A stretch of DNA of 64,000 bases, taken from positions 1 through 64,000 of IMG/VR virus record IMGVR_UViG_2871105481_000001. One strand, 5' to 3'. Under the pieces are notes generated by a model that was not told the origin of the DNA, made no database searches, and saw nothing but the letters and a program-made list of their open reading frames with translations. The position numbers were made by a program, and so were the translations under genes. Of this stretch, positions 49,506-58,777 are shown one piece after another (the first letter of the stretch is position 1; every line of letters starts with the position of its first letter). Source of the DNA: a virus (taxonomy: Duplodnaviria > Caudoviricetes).

Positions 49506-49961
49506 ATGAAACAACTAAAGATTGAAATTCCTGAAGGATTTAAAGTAGATGAATTTAATCCAGAATCAGGTATTATTAAATTCAAACCTATACCACAGAA
49601 TATTAAAGATATAATTAAAACACTAGATGATGTTTATAACTATCATGATATAGATAAAGATGAATTTAACAGAAGGTTCAAATCATGTACTGAAGATGAA
49701 ATTGCCTATAAACATCTAAAGTTAATAACTTCTGCTTTAAACGAAGGTTGGGAACCAGATTGGGGGAATGGACAATGGGATAAGTGGTTCAACTGGTTCA
49801 ACATGCCATCAAAAAATGGCCGGTTCTCGTTCTGCGACTCCTTTAATCGGTACTCGTTTTCGCATTGCTCTGCCCGCCTTTGCTTTAAATCCAAAGACCT
49901 TGCTCAGTACGCTGCAAAGCAATTCTTAGAGGTGTATGAGAAATATATGGTTATTAAGTAA
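49506..49961 (+). CDS. putative DGR target protein 1 (C-terminal variable region)
   Basis: C-terminus 'ALNEGWEPDW...FSFCDSFNRYSFSHCSARLCFKS' is shared with 63583..>64000. Confidence 0.8.
   Translation: MKQLKIEIPEGFKVDEFNPESGIIKFKPIPQNIKDIIKTLDDVYNYHDIDKDEFNRRFKSCTEDEIAYKHLKLITSALNEGWEPDWGNGQWDKWFNWFNMPSKNGRFSFCDSFNRYSFSHCSARLCFKSKDLAQYAAKQFLEVYEKYMVIK
49734..49891 (+). repeat. 158-bp repeat copy 1 (DGR variable region VR1)
   Basis: 144/158 identical to 63841..63998 by manual alignment. Confidence 0.9.
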
Positions 49962-49973
49962 ACTCTTAGTTTT

Positions 49974-50198
49974 ATGAAGCATATATTATACATAGTAATT
50001 TGTTTAGCAGGTATAATTTCATTAATATTTTTTTTGGAATCAAAATCTAATAAAGTAAAAAGTGCAAAACTTCAATGTGAATTAGGAATGAATCTATACA
50101 AACTATAAATAACTAAATATAAAGGAAATTTTAAAAAGTCAGATTCAGCATATAATTCAGATATAGATAGAATACTAAATGATATTTATAAAAAATAA
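49974..50198 (+). pseudogene. small membrane-anchored protein gene with internal TAA
   Basis: ATG 49974, in-frame TAA 50106-50108; the frame continues to TAA 50196-50198, which abuts the next ATG. Confidence 0.55.
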
Positions 50199-50606
50199 AT
50201 GAATCCAATAGTAACATTTGACTTCGACAAGACTTTATCCAGAACTGATGTTCAACAATATGCTAAACAACTTATTAAAAGAAATATAACTGTTTGGGTT
50301 GTTACTGCAAGATATGATGAACTACAAAAACATAGATGGGTCGCAAATCCATGCAATGAAGATCTTTATAAAGTAATTGAAGAAGTTGGAATACCAAGAC
50401 ATAAAGTTAGATTCCAATGTATGACACCAAAGTATGATTACTTAAAACATACAAAAGTACTTTGGCACTTAGATGATAATGAAGATGAACTTTATAGTAT
50501 TAAAATGAATAGTGACGTAAATCCGATTGATGTTAATTTTTCAACATGGAAAGAAGAGTGCGAAGCTTTATTGGAAAAACACATGAAACAAAATAAAAAA
50601 TTATGA
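50199..50606 (+). CDS. HAD-superfamily phosphatase
   Basis: Motif I 'FDFDKTL', 'VVTAR', motif IV 'HLDDNEDE'. Confidence 0.8.
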   Translation: MNPIVTFDFDKTLSRTDVQQYAKQLIKRNITVWVVTARYDELQKHRWVANPCNEDLYKVIEEVGIPRHKVRFQCMTPKYDYLKHTKVLWHLDDNEDELYSIKMNSDVNPIDVNFSTWKEECEALLEKHMKQNKKL

Positions 50607-51226
50607 CTTTTCTTGAACAATTAAAATATATAAAATCAATTCTTGAAAATCCAGATCAAGAAAGTTTAAATATGTCATTAGCTGATACTCATCATACAAA
50701 TATATTTTCATTAGTAATAAAAGGAAATAGTCTAGGTGAGTTAACTAGAGTTTTTATTTCTTCAAAAAAATTAAAACCATTTGAAGTTCAATTACATTCG
50801 CACAGGTATCCCATTAAATTAACTGTTATAAAAGGTAATATTAAACATTTTATTGCTGAAGAAGCATTATCATATGATGAAAAAAGTATTCAATTATCAC
50901 AGTTTGAATATAAAAGTCCATTAAATGGTGGGTCAGGATTAAAATATATTAATGATTTTAATTTTAACATAAAAGAATACCCAATTCCTATTGGATCTAT
51001 AATAAAAATGAGCCAAAATGATATTCATACTATGTCATGTTCAAAAGGGTCTATATGGATAGTAGAGGAACAAGGCTTCAAAACAGATAGCAGTATAGTT
51101 TTAGGAGTGCCATTTATTACTGAAGGACTTTATAATACCCCTAAGCAATTTCAAATTAATGATAATTATCAACTACTAAAAAAAGAAGTAAATAATTTAA
51201 TTAACAATTATGAAAAAGTAATTTAA
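50603..51226 (+). CDS. cupin-fold (double-stranded beta-helix) protein
   Basis: 'LHSHRYP..LTVIKG' and 'NDIHTM' metal-binding His pattern. Confidence 0.55.
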   Translation: MTFLEQLKYIKSILENPDQESLNMSLADTHHTNIFSLVIKGNSLGELTRVFISSKKLKPFEVQLHSHRYPIKLTVIKGNIKHFIAEEALSYDEKSIQLSQFEYKSPLNGGSGLKYINDFNFNIKEYPIPIGSIIKMSQNDIHTMSCSKGSIWIVEEQGFKTDSSIVLGVPFITEGLYNTPKQFQINDNYQLLKKEVNNLINNYEKVI

Positions 51227-51227
51227 T

Positions 51228-51623
51228 ATGAGAATAATTATAGCAGGATCAAGGGATTTTAATGACTATGAATTTCTTAAAAATAAGTTGGATGAAATTG
51301 TAGCAACTAAAAATAATGTAGAGATAGTTTGTGGTATGGCAAAAGGCGCAGATTTATTAGGTAAACGATATGGAGAAGAAAGAAACTTTTGCGTTCACGA
51401 ATATCCTGCCGAATGGAATAATATAGAAGATAAACATCCAGGAGAAATTAAATCAAATCAAAATGGAAGATACTGGATAAGAGCCGGAATAGTTAGAAAT
51501 GAAACTATGGCACAGAATGCAGATATGTTAGTAGCATTTATAGTTAACAAATCTTCTGGAACTTCTAACATGATTGAATTAGCTAAAAAGTATAAGTTGA
51601 AAACAATTGTAATAGATATTTAA
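51228..51623 (+). CDS. SLOG / YspA-like (DUF2493) protein
   Basis: 'IIIAGSRDF', 'IVCGMAKGAD', 'AGIVRNETM', 'SSGTSNMI'. Confidence 0.85.
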   Translation: MRIIIAGSRDFNDYEFLKNKLDEIVATKNNVEIVCGMAKGADLLGKRYGEERNFCVHEYPAEWNNIEDKHPGEIKSNQNGRYWIRAGIVRNETMAQNADMLVAFIVNKSSGTSNMIELAKKYKLKTIVIDI

Positions 51624-51626
51624 GAT

Positions 51627-52070
51627 ATGAAAATATTAGCATTAGATATTGCCACAACTTCGGGTTATTCATCATCATCAGGAGAATCAGGAACTTTTAA
51701 TTGTTCTTTCAAAAAAGGAGAATCAGGATCTATTAGATTACTCCGTTTCAGAAATAAAGTGAATGAACTATTAGATTTAATAAAACCAGAAGTTGTTGCC
51801 TATGAAAGATCAGCAGGAAGAAATACACACTCAATAAAAACACAATCTGAAATGATAGGAGTATTAACTTTAATGTTGGAAGATAAAAATATACAATATG
51901 CATCCTACTCCCCTTCTGAGGTTAAGAAATTTTTTACAGGAAAAGGAAATGCTTCAAAAGAATTAATGGTTGAAACTGCTAAAAAAAAATATCCTGAAAT
52001 TGAGATATTAGATGATAACCACGCCGATTCATTAGCTATTTTAGAACTAGCTCAGTCTGATTTATTGTAG
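51627..52070 (+). CDS. ruvC: RuvC-like Holliday junction resolvase
   Basis: 'ILALDIATTSG', 'VAYE', 'VKKFFTGKGNASKE', 'NHADSLAI'. Confidence 0.8.
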   Translation: MKILALDIATTSGYSSSSGESGTFNCSFKKGESGSIRLLRFRNKVNELLDLIKPEVVAYERSAGRNTHSIKTQSEMIGVLTLMLEDKNIQYASYSPSEVKKFFTGKGNASKELMVETAKKKYPEIEILDDNHADSLAILELAQSDLL

Positions 52071-52126
52071 CTAACCATCAGTTGCGTTCACCAACCATAT
52101 CTTAGTAAAACAAAAAAGCCCATGAT

Positions 52127-52480
52127 ATGGTAATTGAAAAAGGCATTATTATTCCAGCCTTCTTATTAGAAGAAGAGTATGAACTAGATAATATCAATGA
52201 AGAAGATGATGAATTTGAAGATGATATTGAAAGGCTAGTTAAAAACTCACTAAATGAAAAACCGGAAGAAAAAATTCCATTCTTCCAATCAGAATTAATC
52301 AATATTCTTTTCTACGATATTTCAAATATAACACCGGCTTCAGATAAATTCTATGGTGATAATTGCAGCATTATTTTATCAGGAGGAAAAGAATACTTCA
52401 CAAACTTACCAATAGAAAGTATTCAAAATAAAATATATAACCTAAAAAGAGAAGAAAATCTTTTATACATATCTAATTAA
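52127..52480 (+). CDS. hypothetical acidic protein
   Basis: ORF track. Confidence 0.6.
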   Translation: MVIEKGIIIPAFLLEEEYELDNINEEDDEFEDDIERLVKNSLNEKPEEKIPFFQSELINILFYDISNITPASDKFYGDNCSIILSGGKEYFTNLPIESIQNKIYNLKREENLLYISN

Positions 52481-52481
52481 G

Positions 52482-52691
52482 ATGACAGATAAAAAAGCGA
52501 AAAAACTGGGATTCACTCATAAAGGTAGAATGTACGGTGTACCAGTTTATTTTTTCAATAATGGAAATTATCACATACATTCTAAAAACTTTTTTTGGAG
52601 AGTTTATTTAGATATGCTAATATTTTTAGATATAAAAGTATTCAAAATAAATTATTCATTTGAGATTGATTATGTACATGAATTAGATTAA
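52482..52691 (+). CDS. hypothetical protein
   Basis: ORF track; 'GFTHKGRMYGVPVY'. Confidence 0.6.
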   Translation: MTDKKAKKLGFTHKGRMYGVPVYFFNNGNYHIHSKNFFWRVYLDMLIFLDIKVFKINYSFEIDYVHELD

Positions 52692-52718
52692 TAATTACCA
52701 TTTACAATATAAAACCAC

Positions 52719-53213
52719 ATGAAAATTTTCTTAATAAATACAGATCTTGAACATGAAACATTAAGAGACTTTATAAACTTCTATAACTCTACTGATGAAT
52801 CTGAATATGTACAAATAATTATTAAATCCGGAGGTGGTTATTGTTATGTTGCTGATGAAATACTTGATATAATCAATAGTGATCCTGAAAGATTCACTCT
52901 AATAGCTACCAGATGGATTTATTCTTCCGCATTCGATTTATTCATGAAGGCAAAATGTAAAAGAATATTAAAGCCTAATACAGTCGGAATGATACATGAA
53001 GCATTACATGACATAACTTTTTCATTGAACGGTAGATCACACCCGGAAACTAAAGTCTTACAAGAAACATATAAATCAAATCTTAAAGAATACATGGATT
53101 ATCTAACTAACTTTCTAAAATTAAGTAAGCAAGAAATAAAAGACTATAATAATCAAAAAGATGTTTACTTCAATTACACCAGACTTTTAGAAATACTAAA
53201 CAACACAATCTAA
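52719..53213 (+). CDS. ClpP-like protease subunit
   Basis: 'IIKSGGG', 'YSSAF' (Ser), 'MIHE' (His). Confidence 0.75.
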   Translation: MKIFLINTDLEHETLRDFINFYNSTDESEYVQIIIKSGGGYCYVADEILDIINSDPERFTLIATRWIYSSAFDLFMKAKCKRILKPNTVGMIHEALHDITFSLNGRSHPETKVLQETYKSNLKEYMDYLTNFLKLSKQEIKDYNNQKDVYFNYTRLLEILNNTI

Positions 53214-53217
53214 TAAA

Positions 53218-53607
53218 ATGAAACACCTCCTATCAATCCCAAAAGAATTCAAACAAATGCATATCGATAAATTCAAACAATTCCTAGATGAAGGTTATGA
53301 AATTATCGAAGAAACACAAGTGAATGATTTTAAATGTTATGTGTTTGAAAAGAAATTTGAATCTGTTGTTGACCAACTTAAAAATGATATGATGTCAAAA
53401 CGAATTGAAGAAGTTAACAAAGTTTATCAAGATGCGTTTACTGAAGGAATTAATTATAGGACTATATTCCAAACTACACCAAGTATTTCAACTAAAAATT
53501 ATCATGTTTTAACAGATGAAGAATTAGGCCAGAGTAATGCTTGTAAAATAAAATTAAGTGAAATAATGAGCAAGTTAATAAATGATAGAAAAGAAAATGG
53601 AAGATAA
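53218..53607 (+). CDS. hypothetical protein
   Basis: ORF track. Confidence 0.55.
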   Translation: MKHLLSIPKEFKQMHIDKFKQFLDEGYEIIEETQVNDFKCYVFEKKFESVVDQLKNDMMSKRIEEVNKVYQDAFTEGINYRTIFQTTPSISTKNYHVLTDEELGQSNACKIKLSEIMSKLINDRKENGR

Positions 53608-54007
53608 ATTCACTTTACCTGAATTTGATTCACCAAAGAATTATCCAGAAGATTATGTTGATGGCCATAATCAATATGTATGTAAGTGCTATAAATGCAA
53701 AGAACATTTCTACGGATATAAGCGTAGAATCATCTGTAAAGAATGTTTAAATACTGAAGATAAAACATTAGATAATTTTGATTTTCTTCATAACAAAGTT
53801 GCTGATATTGTAAATAATAACAATACTGGTAATAATGAATTAATAGAACTTCTTAAATCTTATGACAATCAGTTCAGTGACAGGGGTACATTAAGAACAT
53901 TACTTATGAGTATAAAACCTATACTTAAAGATAATGAAGAGTTAAAATATTACTATAATAAGTTAGCTGAAAGACTAAGAGAAGGAAGTAACAGTAAGAA
54001 AATTTAA
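53582..54007 (+). CDS. hypothetical protein with Cys4 zinc ribbon
   Basis: 'CKCYKC...ICKEC'. Confidence 0.6.
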   Translation: MIEKKMEDKFTLPEFDSPKNYPEDYVDGHNQYVCKCYKCKEHFYGYKRRIICKECLNTEDKTLDNFDFLHNKVADIVNNNNTGNNELIELLKSYDNQFSDRGTLRTLLMSIKPILKDNEELKYYYNKLAERLREGSNSKKI

Positions 54008-54139
54008 ATAAAAAAATATAATATGAATCAAGACATTATTATTGGAAGTGAGTATGATGGTATTTAATGACCTTATCTTATCACAATTTAATCAATTCCC
54101 ACATCTTTTCGGTGTGGGTTTATTTAACAAATAATAATT

Positions 54140-54469
54140 ATGAATATATTTAAAAAATACAGAATTAAACTTTGGGCAATTTCCATTTGGTGCTATATCT
54201 GGTATAAACCTCACTATGTACTTCATGTAGAAAAATATGAAGATGATGACGAAGAATATGAGGAACATAGATACTACGTTAAAAAACGAGTCATTCCGTG
54301 GATTTTACTTTTCCCTATAGTAGCTATACCACTATTTATTTATGGAGGTTTGAAATCTCTATTTGATTATTTTGCCTTTATATTCACGTGGTATCAGAAC
54401 TGGATAACAGTACAAAAAAAAGAAATTGATTTTAAAACCAAATTAGATATTGCAAGAAGACTATTGTAA
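54140..54469 (+). CDS. hypothetical membrane protein
   Basis: TM segment 'WILLFPIVAIPLFIYGGL'. Confidence 0.6.
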   Translation: MNIFKKYRIKLWAISIWCYIWYKPHYVLHVEKYEDDDEEYEEHRYYVKKRVIPWILLFPIVAIPLFIYGGLKSLFDYFAFIFTWYQNWITVQKKEIDFKTKLDIARRLL

Positions 54470-54562
54470 TAATATAAATCCTATATTTGCATTGAAATGA
54501 TACTCCATTTCTAACAACTGTTTCCATAGTAATGACATTTGGTTCTATGGTTAACAAAAATT

Positions 54563-54596
54563 AAAGTTCTTGAATTGCAATTCAAGAACTTTTTTT
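54563..54596 (+). terminator. intrinsic terminator
   Basis: AAAGTTCTTGAA-TTGCAA-TTCAAGAACTTT followed by a T run. Confidence 0.85.
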
Positions 54597-54741
54597 ATTT
54601 AACACAAAAACAATCGTAAAATCTACTCAATTTAATTTCACAAACACTTATACCAAAAATAATTTTAAATACAAATATCGCACATTAAAATACGTAATTA
54701 GGTATATTTGCTATATTAATTATTATTACAATGTTATTAAA

Positions 54742-54939
54742 TTGAATTTATACCCAAAAACTAAACCCTATTACTCAGGATACTTTCTTATAATTATTAA
54801 AAAAGAAGATTATAAATTTAACTATGTAGCTCAATATAATCACAGAACAAATAAATGGTTTAGATTTAACCCATTTAATCATCAAGAAAATATAATTGAA
54901 ATTGATATGGAAATAAAACAATGGAGCGAAATTGAATAG
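54742..54939 (+). CDS. hypothetical protein
   Basis: TTG start; ATG 54731 is one base out of frame. Confidence 0.45.
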   Translation: MNLYPKTKPYYSGYFLIIIKKEDYKFNYVAQYNHRTNKWFRFNPFNHQENIIEIDMEIKQWSEIE

Positions 54940-56051
54940 AACTAACAATAGGTTGTGAATTTATAAATGAAAATTAGAAAGTGATATAGTTGAATGTCCA
55001 GTATATTTTGAGAGGGGGCGAAAAAAAATTGCAATAAAACTCAAAAAAAAATGACCTGGCACTCTAGAAATAGGCAAATGATTTTCTGATTTCAAACTCG
55101 ATTTTATATAGATCATAATACTATTGGATAAGTATTTCAATTAAACATATTGCCATACACAAGGATATCTAAAATCATTTATAATAAAAGGTTGGTATAC
55201 GTAGGTAGTAAGGGGTATATAAAAATATTTTCTATGGTAAATATTAGTTGCGTCTTCTTTATGGAGACGGCACACTAAATATAGTTACAAAGGGTATATA
55301 AATTATTAATACTGTAATACAGTACCCACAAAAACAAAGACACCATTCAATAAATACCAATAAATACACTAACTATTGATAATAAAAACTTATTTTATTT
55401 ATTGATTTAATAATACAAGAGTAATATATTATAAGGTGTAAATATATTCTTCAGCTTATTCTTGTATATTAATCTAATTCACTCCTAATACATAATGTAA
55501 ATAATTCAATAAAATAATATATATATTAATGAATACATAGTGAAAACCATATAAAATACTAAAAAGGCAGTCTCCACCCTATTACACTTGTTGCATTATT
55601 CGTAAAAGTGAATGAAAAAGTATCAGTTCAAAAACTAGAATAAATACTATATTTTTAGAATATTCACTATTTTAAATAGAATATAAGGTTAAATAAAGGT
55701 TATATATATAATATACTGAATAAACAGCTTTAATTCAGGTTAAAATGATTGGGTAATATAGTAAGATGAAAATTAAGTATTATTGTCTGTATGGTGATAA
55801 AATAAGCTTGCAAGTTTATAATAGTCTTACATAATACTAATCTTTATTCATTGCTTTAATAGTTGTTTATAGTGAATATCTGTTTTACTGTTAGATATAT
55901 CTATTTAGCTTCTTATATACTACTTATGCCCTTCGGGCTTCTTAACTCTTCCTCCTTATTATCTCTTACTCTTTATGTAGTTATTCTCTTAGTGTGGTGT
56001 TCTTCTGTTAGTAAACGCAAAAGATTATAATTTACTATCTTTAAAACAAAA

Positions 56052-56306
56052 ATGACTTTATATTTATGTATTAAAGATTTGGATACTTTGATAATAGATT
56101 GGAACCTTATAAGAATACCACAAATAGGAGAACAAATTTATATTAAAGACTTTCTTTCAGATCCTGATAAAGATAAAATCCTTCAAGATATCATGACTGT
56201 AAAATATATACAATGGATAAAGTTAAATGATATTATTTATCCTGTATTATTCTTAGAATATGGCGAAAGCAATTTACCCGAAATAGATATGCCGAGTATT
56301 AACTAA
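56052..56306 (+). CDS. hypothetical protein
   Basis: ORF track, A-rich initiation region. Confidence 0.55.
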   Translation: MTLYLCIKDLDTLIIDWNLIRIPQIGEQIYIKDFLSDPDKDKILQDIMTVKYIQWIKLNDIIYPVLFLEYGESNLPEIDMPSIN

Positions 56307-56573
56307 ATAAAAAATCCCTAACATTTAAGCTGGGGATTTCTTTTGGTATTTACTTACAACTTGTAATATCATGGCCGAAAACCAAAAAGCTGTAATAATT
56401 AATTAGGCTGCAACTAGGAGTTAATTCTTCTGGTTGTTTTGTTGTATACAAATATAGTGTATTTAGTATTATAGTTTTGTCTGCTGGTGTTGGCTTTTAT
56501 TTGTAAACGCGAATTATTCTATTTGGCACATCATTTGAAAAATAATTATATATTTACTACATAAATCAAAATC

Positions 56574-56981
56574 ATGAAATATTATAAACATTTACTCATT
56601 CTTTCATTTGTATTTTTTGCGTTTACTGCCTTATTTTCTTGCAGTAGTAATAGAGATGATAATAATATAAACAATAGATCTGTTGACATAGTTACATATA
56701 CTGAGTTACCAGATAAACCCTATTTACTTATAGGGAAAGATTTTTCTATTGAAACAAAAGGAAAATGGGAGAAGAAGGGCATTCATTTAGGCAATAATGT
56801 AGACCCATTTAACTTACAGGTCCGTTATCCTAATGGTAATTTAAATGCTGATTATGTTATTATATTAGAGATGTACGAAAATGGTAAACAGATTTATAGA
56901 ATTGGCGGAAAAGGAAAAATAGATCTAGAATTAAAAGAAGGTAATATTAGTCTTAAGTCTAATTATATTTTACCAAAATAG
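56574..56981 (+). CDS. lipoprotein (moron)
   Basis: Signal peptide with lipobox 'LFSC' followed by 'SSNRDD'. Confidence 0.75.
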   Translation: MKYYKHLLILSFVFFAFTALFSCSSNRDDNNINNRSVDIVTYTELPDKPYLLIGKDFSIETKGKWEKKGIHLGNNVDPFNLQVRYPNGNLNADYVIILEMYENGKQIYRIGGKGKIDLELKEGNISLKSNYILPK

Positions 56982-56998
56982 ATTAACACTATTAAACC

Positions 56999-57337
56999 CT
57001 ATTCTTTGTCTTCCTTGATATCATCTATCTGATTTTTAATGTTCTCATTTTCGTATTCTAAATCATCTATTCTATCAGAATTGTCATCATATTTATAATT
57101 AGGTATGTTAGGTTGAGTATTATTATCCTCTAAATCTAAAATTTTATTTTCCAACTCTTCAACACGATAATTTAGATCATCCACTTGATCATTTAGTTGA
57201 ATAGTATTTTTTATTAGCTTCTTAATAATATCTTCATCTCTAATATGTTTCTTTGGAAATATTAATTTTGTTGATCCATAATAAGCAAATGAAATATAAG
57301 CTATAAAAACTAATGATATAAAAATACTCTTTTTCAT
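56999..57337 (-). CDS. membrane-anchored coiled-coil protein (moron)
   Basis: N-terminal hydrophobic anchor and heptad repeats. Confidence 0.65.
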   Translation of the reverse strand: MKKSIFISLVFIAYISFAYYGSTKLIFPKKHIRDEDIIKKLIKNTIQLNDQVDDLNYRVEELENKILDLEDNNTQPNIPNYKYDDNSDRIDDLEYENENIKNQIDDIKEDKE

Positions 57338-57540
57338 CTTCTTGGAGCTCTTCTAGTATAAGGTTGAACATAAGTTCCATTTTTTCTATAATACCCTTTA
57401 ACATGAACTGTTCCAGAGCTATATCCACTAGAATACCCAGAACTAGGATAACTTGAATTATAATATACATCATTATTATAGCTGCCACATGAAGCAAAAA
57501 CAATAAATACGATAAAAAGTAAAAGTTTTTTCATAAACAT
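57334..57540 (-). CDS. small lipoprotein with 'VKGYYRKNGTYVQPY' basic motif
   Basis: Lipobox 'FASC', SGYS repeats. Confidence 0.7.
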   Translation of the reverse strand: MFMKKLLLFIVFIVFASCGSYNNDVYYNSSYPSSGYSSGYSSGTVHVKGYYRKNGTYVQPYTRRAPRR

Positions 57541-58094
57541 TATTTTACATAATCTTTAGCAAGATAATTTAAAAATTCCCTAAACTCTTTAAATGTGCTT
57601 TGTTTTTTAAACATTTCTGTTATCCTTTTTTCAGAATACAAAGTATTATTTACTAAAAAATTCATTAAATCGTCAAAAGCTACAAACTTGTAATTTTCTT
57701 TTGTAATATATATTTTGTTTTCCTCTATATCATCTAATAATAATTTATAATAACGTGAAAGATTTTCTTCATATTCATTCATAGTATTTTCAATTTTTCC
57801 ACACCATATTATACGTTTACTTTCTTCTTCAATCCTTGGAATCATTTCTATATTACTCTCAATAGCTTTAAGTTCAATTTTATTATTATCATTTATGAAA
57901 TTCTTCCTATAGATCCACTTATTAGATAAATTAATAGTATTAATAGAATTGACTTTTGCTTCAATTTTTCTAGTTTCCTGCTTAAGGATATTTAATCTTG
58001 AATATAAAGTTTCCATTTTTTTTGTCCCCTCCAATGTTTGACTATATAATATTGAATTAAACAATAAAAAAACTACCTTAATAAGCTTGATCAT
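57540..58094 (-). CDS. secreted/periplasmic hypothetical protein (moron)
   Basis: Signal-peptide-like N-terminus 'MIKLIKVVFLLFNSILYSQ'. Confidence 0.6.
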   Translation of the reverse strand: MIKLIKVVFLLFNSILYSQTLEGTKKMETLYSRLNILKQETRKIEAKVNSINTINLSNKWIYRKNFINDNNKIELKAIESNIEMIPRIEEESKRIIWCGKIENTMNEYEENLSRYYKLLLDDIEENKIYITKENYKFVAFDDLMNFLVNNTLYSEKRITEMFKKQSTFKEFREFLNYLAKDYVK

Positions 58095-58170
58095 AAAATT
58101 TATTTTAGCTAAAATTAACTTTAAACTCTTTATGCAGCTTAAAATTTAACAAACTTTAACGCTTCCATGT

Positions 58171-58201
58171 ATTGTGCAAATAAAAAACATGCGTAAATTT
58201 G
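58171..58201 (+). promoter_or_regulatory. Bacteroidota promoter of the antirepressor locus
   Basis: ATTG, 19-nt spacer, TAAATTTG (58194-58201). Confidence 0.65.
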
Positions 58202-58268
58202 AATTGTTCAAATCAGTGCATTAAGTGTTTATACTTATTGCAATAAATTTAAAGTATAAAAATATTAA

Positions 58269-58346
58269 GCCCTGGAGGTGTCGTATGGTCGTAATACTAT
58301 ACAATCTTTTGCGTAAGCACTGATTTGAACAGCACCCACCCAGGGC
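58269..58346 (+). ncRNA. c4-like antisense RNA candidate
   Basis: Closing stem GCCCTGG-A-GGTG / CACC-CAC-CCAGGGC; inner hairpin GTATGG-TCGTAATA-CTATAC; contains GCACTGATTTGAACA, complementary to boxes at 58205-58219 and 58382-58393. Confidence 0.6.
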
Positions 58347-58380
58347 GTTTTATGTTTAAATAATTTTAAATTTAAATATT

Positions 58381-58747
58381 ATGTTCAAATCAGATTCAAG
58401 CACTAACAGTGCGCAACAAAAAAATGTAGAAATTGATGACGGTTCAATCAGTCATATTTTTGAAGATCCTACACCTATAAAATCAGGATATTCAGATAAC
58501 TACTTGAAAAAAACACGCAACAATAGGCGTAATTAAAGACCTTTTACTAATCACCCGATTAGAAGAACTCCTAAAACAGACAATTGAATTCAACTGCTTT
58601 AACACCCTTTTCTTTATTATTGGTGTTACTCCATTTTCTGAAGAAGCGAATAAAATTGTAGATGTATTCCTGAAATACAAATACGATAAAGTTCAAGACT
58701 GTTTAGCCGAATATGTGTACACTAAAATTAGTGATGCACTAGTATAG
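58381..58747 (+). pseudogene. icd/ash-position ORF interrupted at an A7 run
   Basis: Frame 1 stops at 58536. Deleting one A at 58507-58513 gives a 121-aa ORF ending TAG 58747. Confidence 0.5.
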
Positions 58748-58777
58748 TTATAGTATAACGTTATAAAATTTACAATC

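Noticed and set aside
49734-49891. Either repeat copy being the DGR template repeat
   Set aside because: Both lie in coding 3' ends and both have non-A bases at 5 of the variable sites. No third copy or RT ORF was seen in the window.
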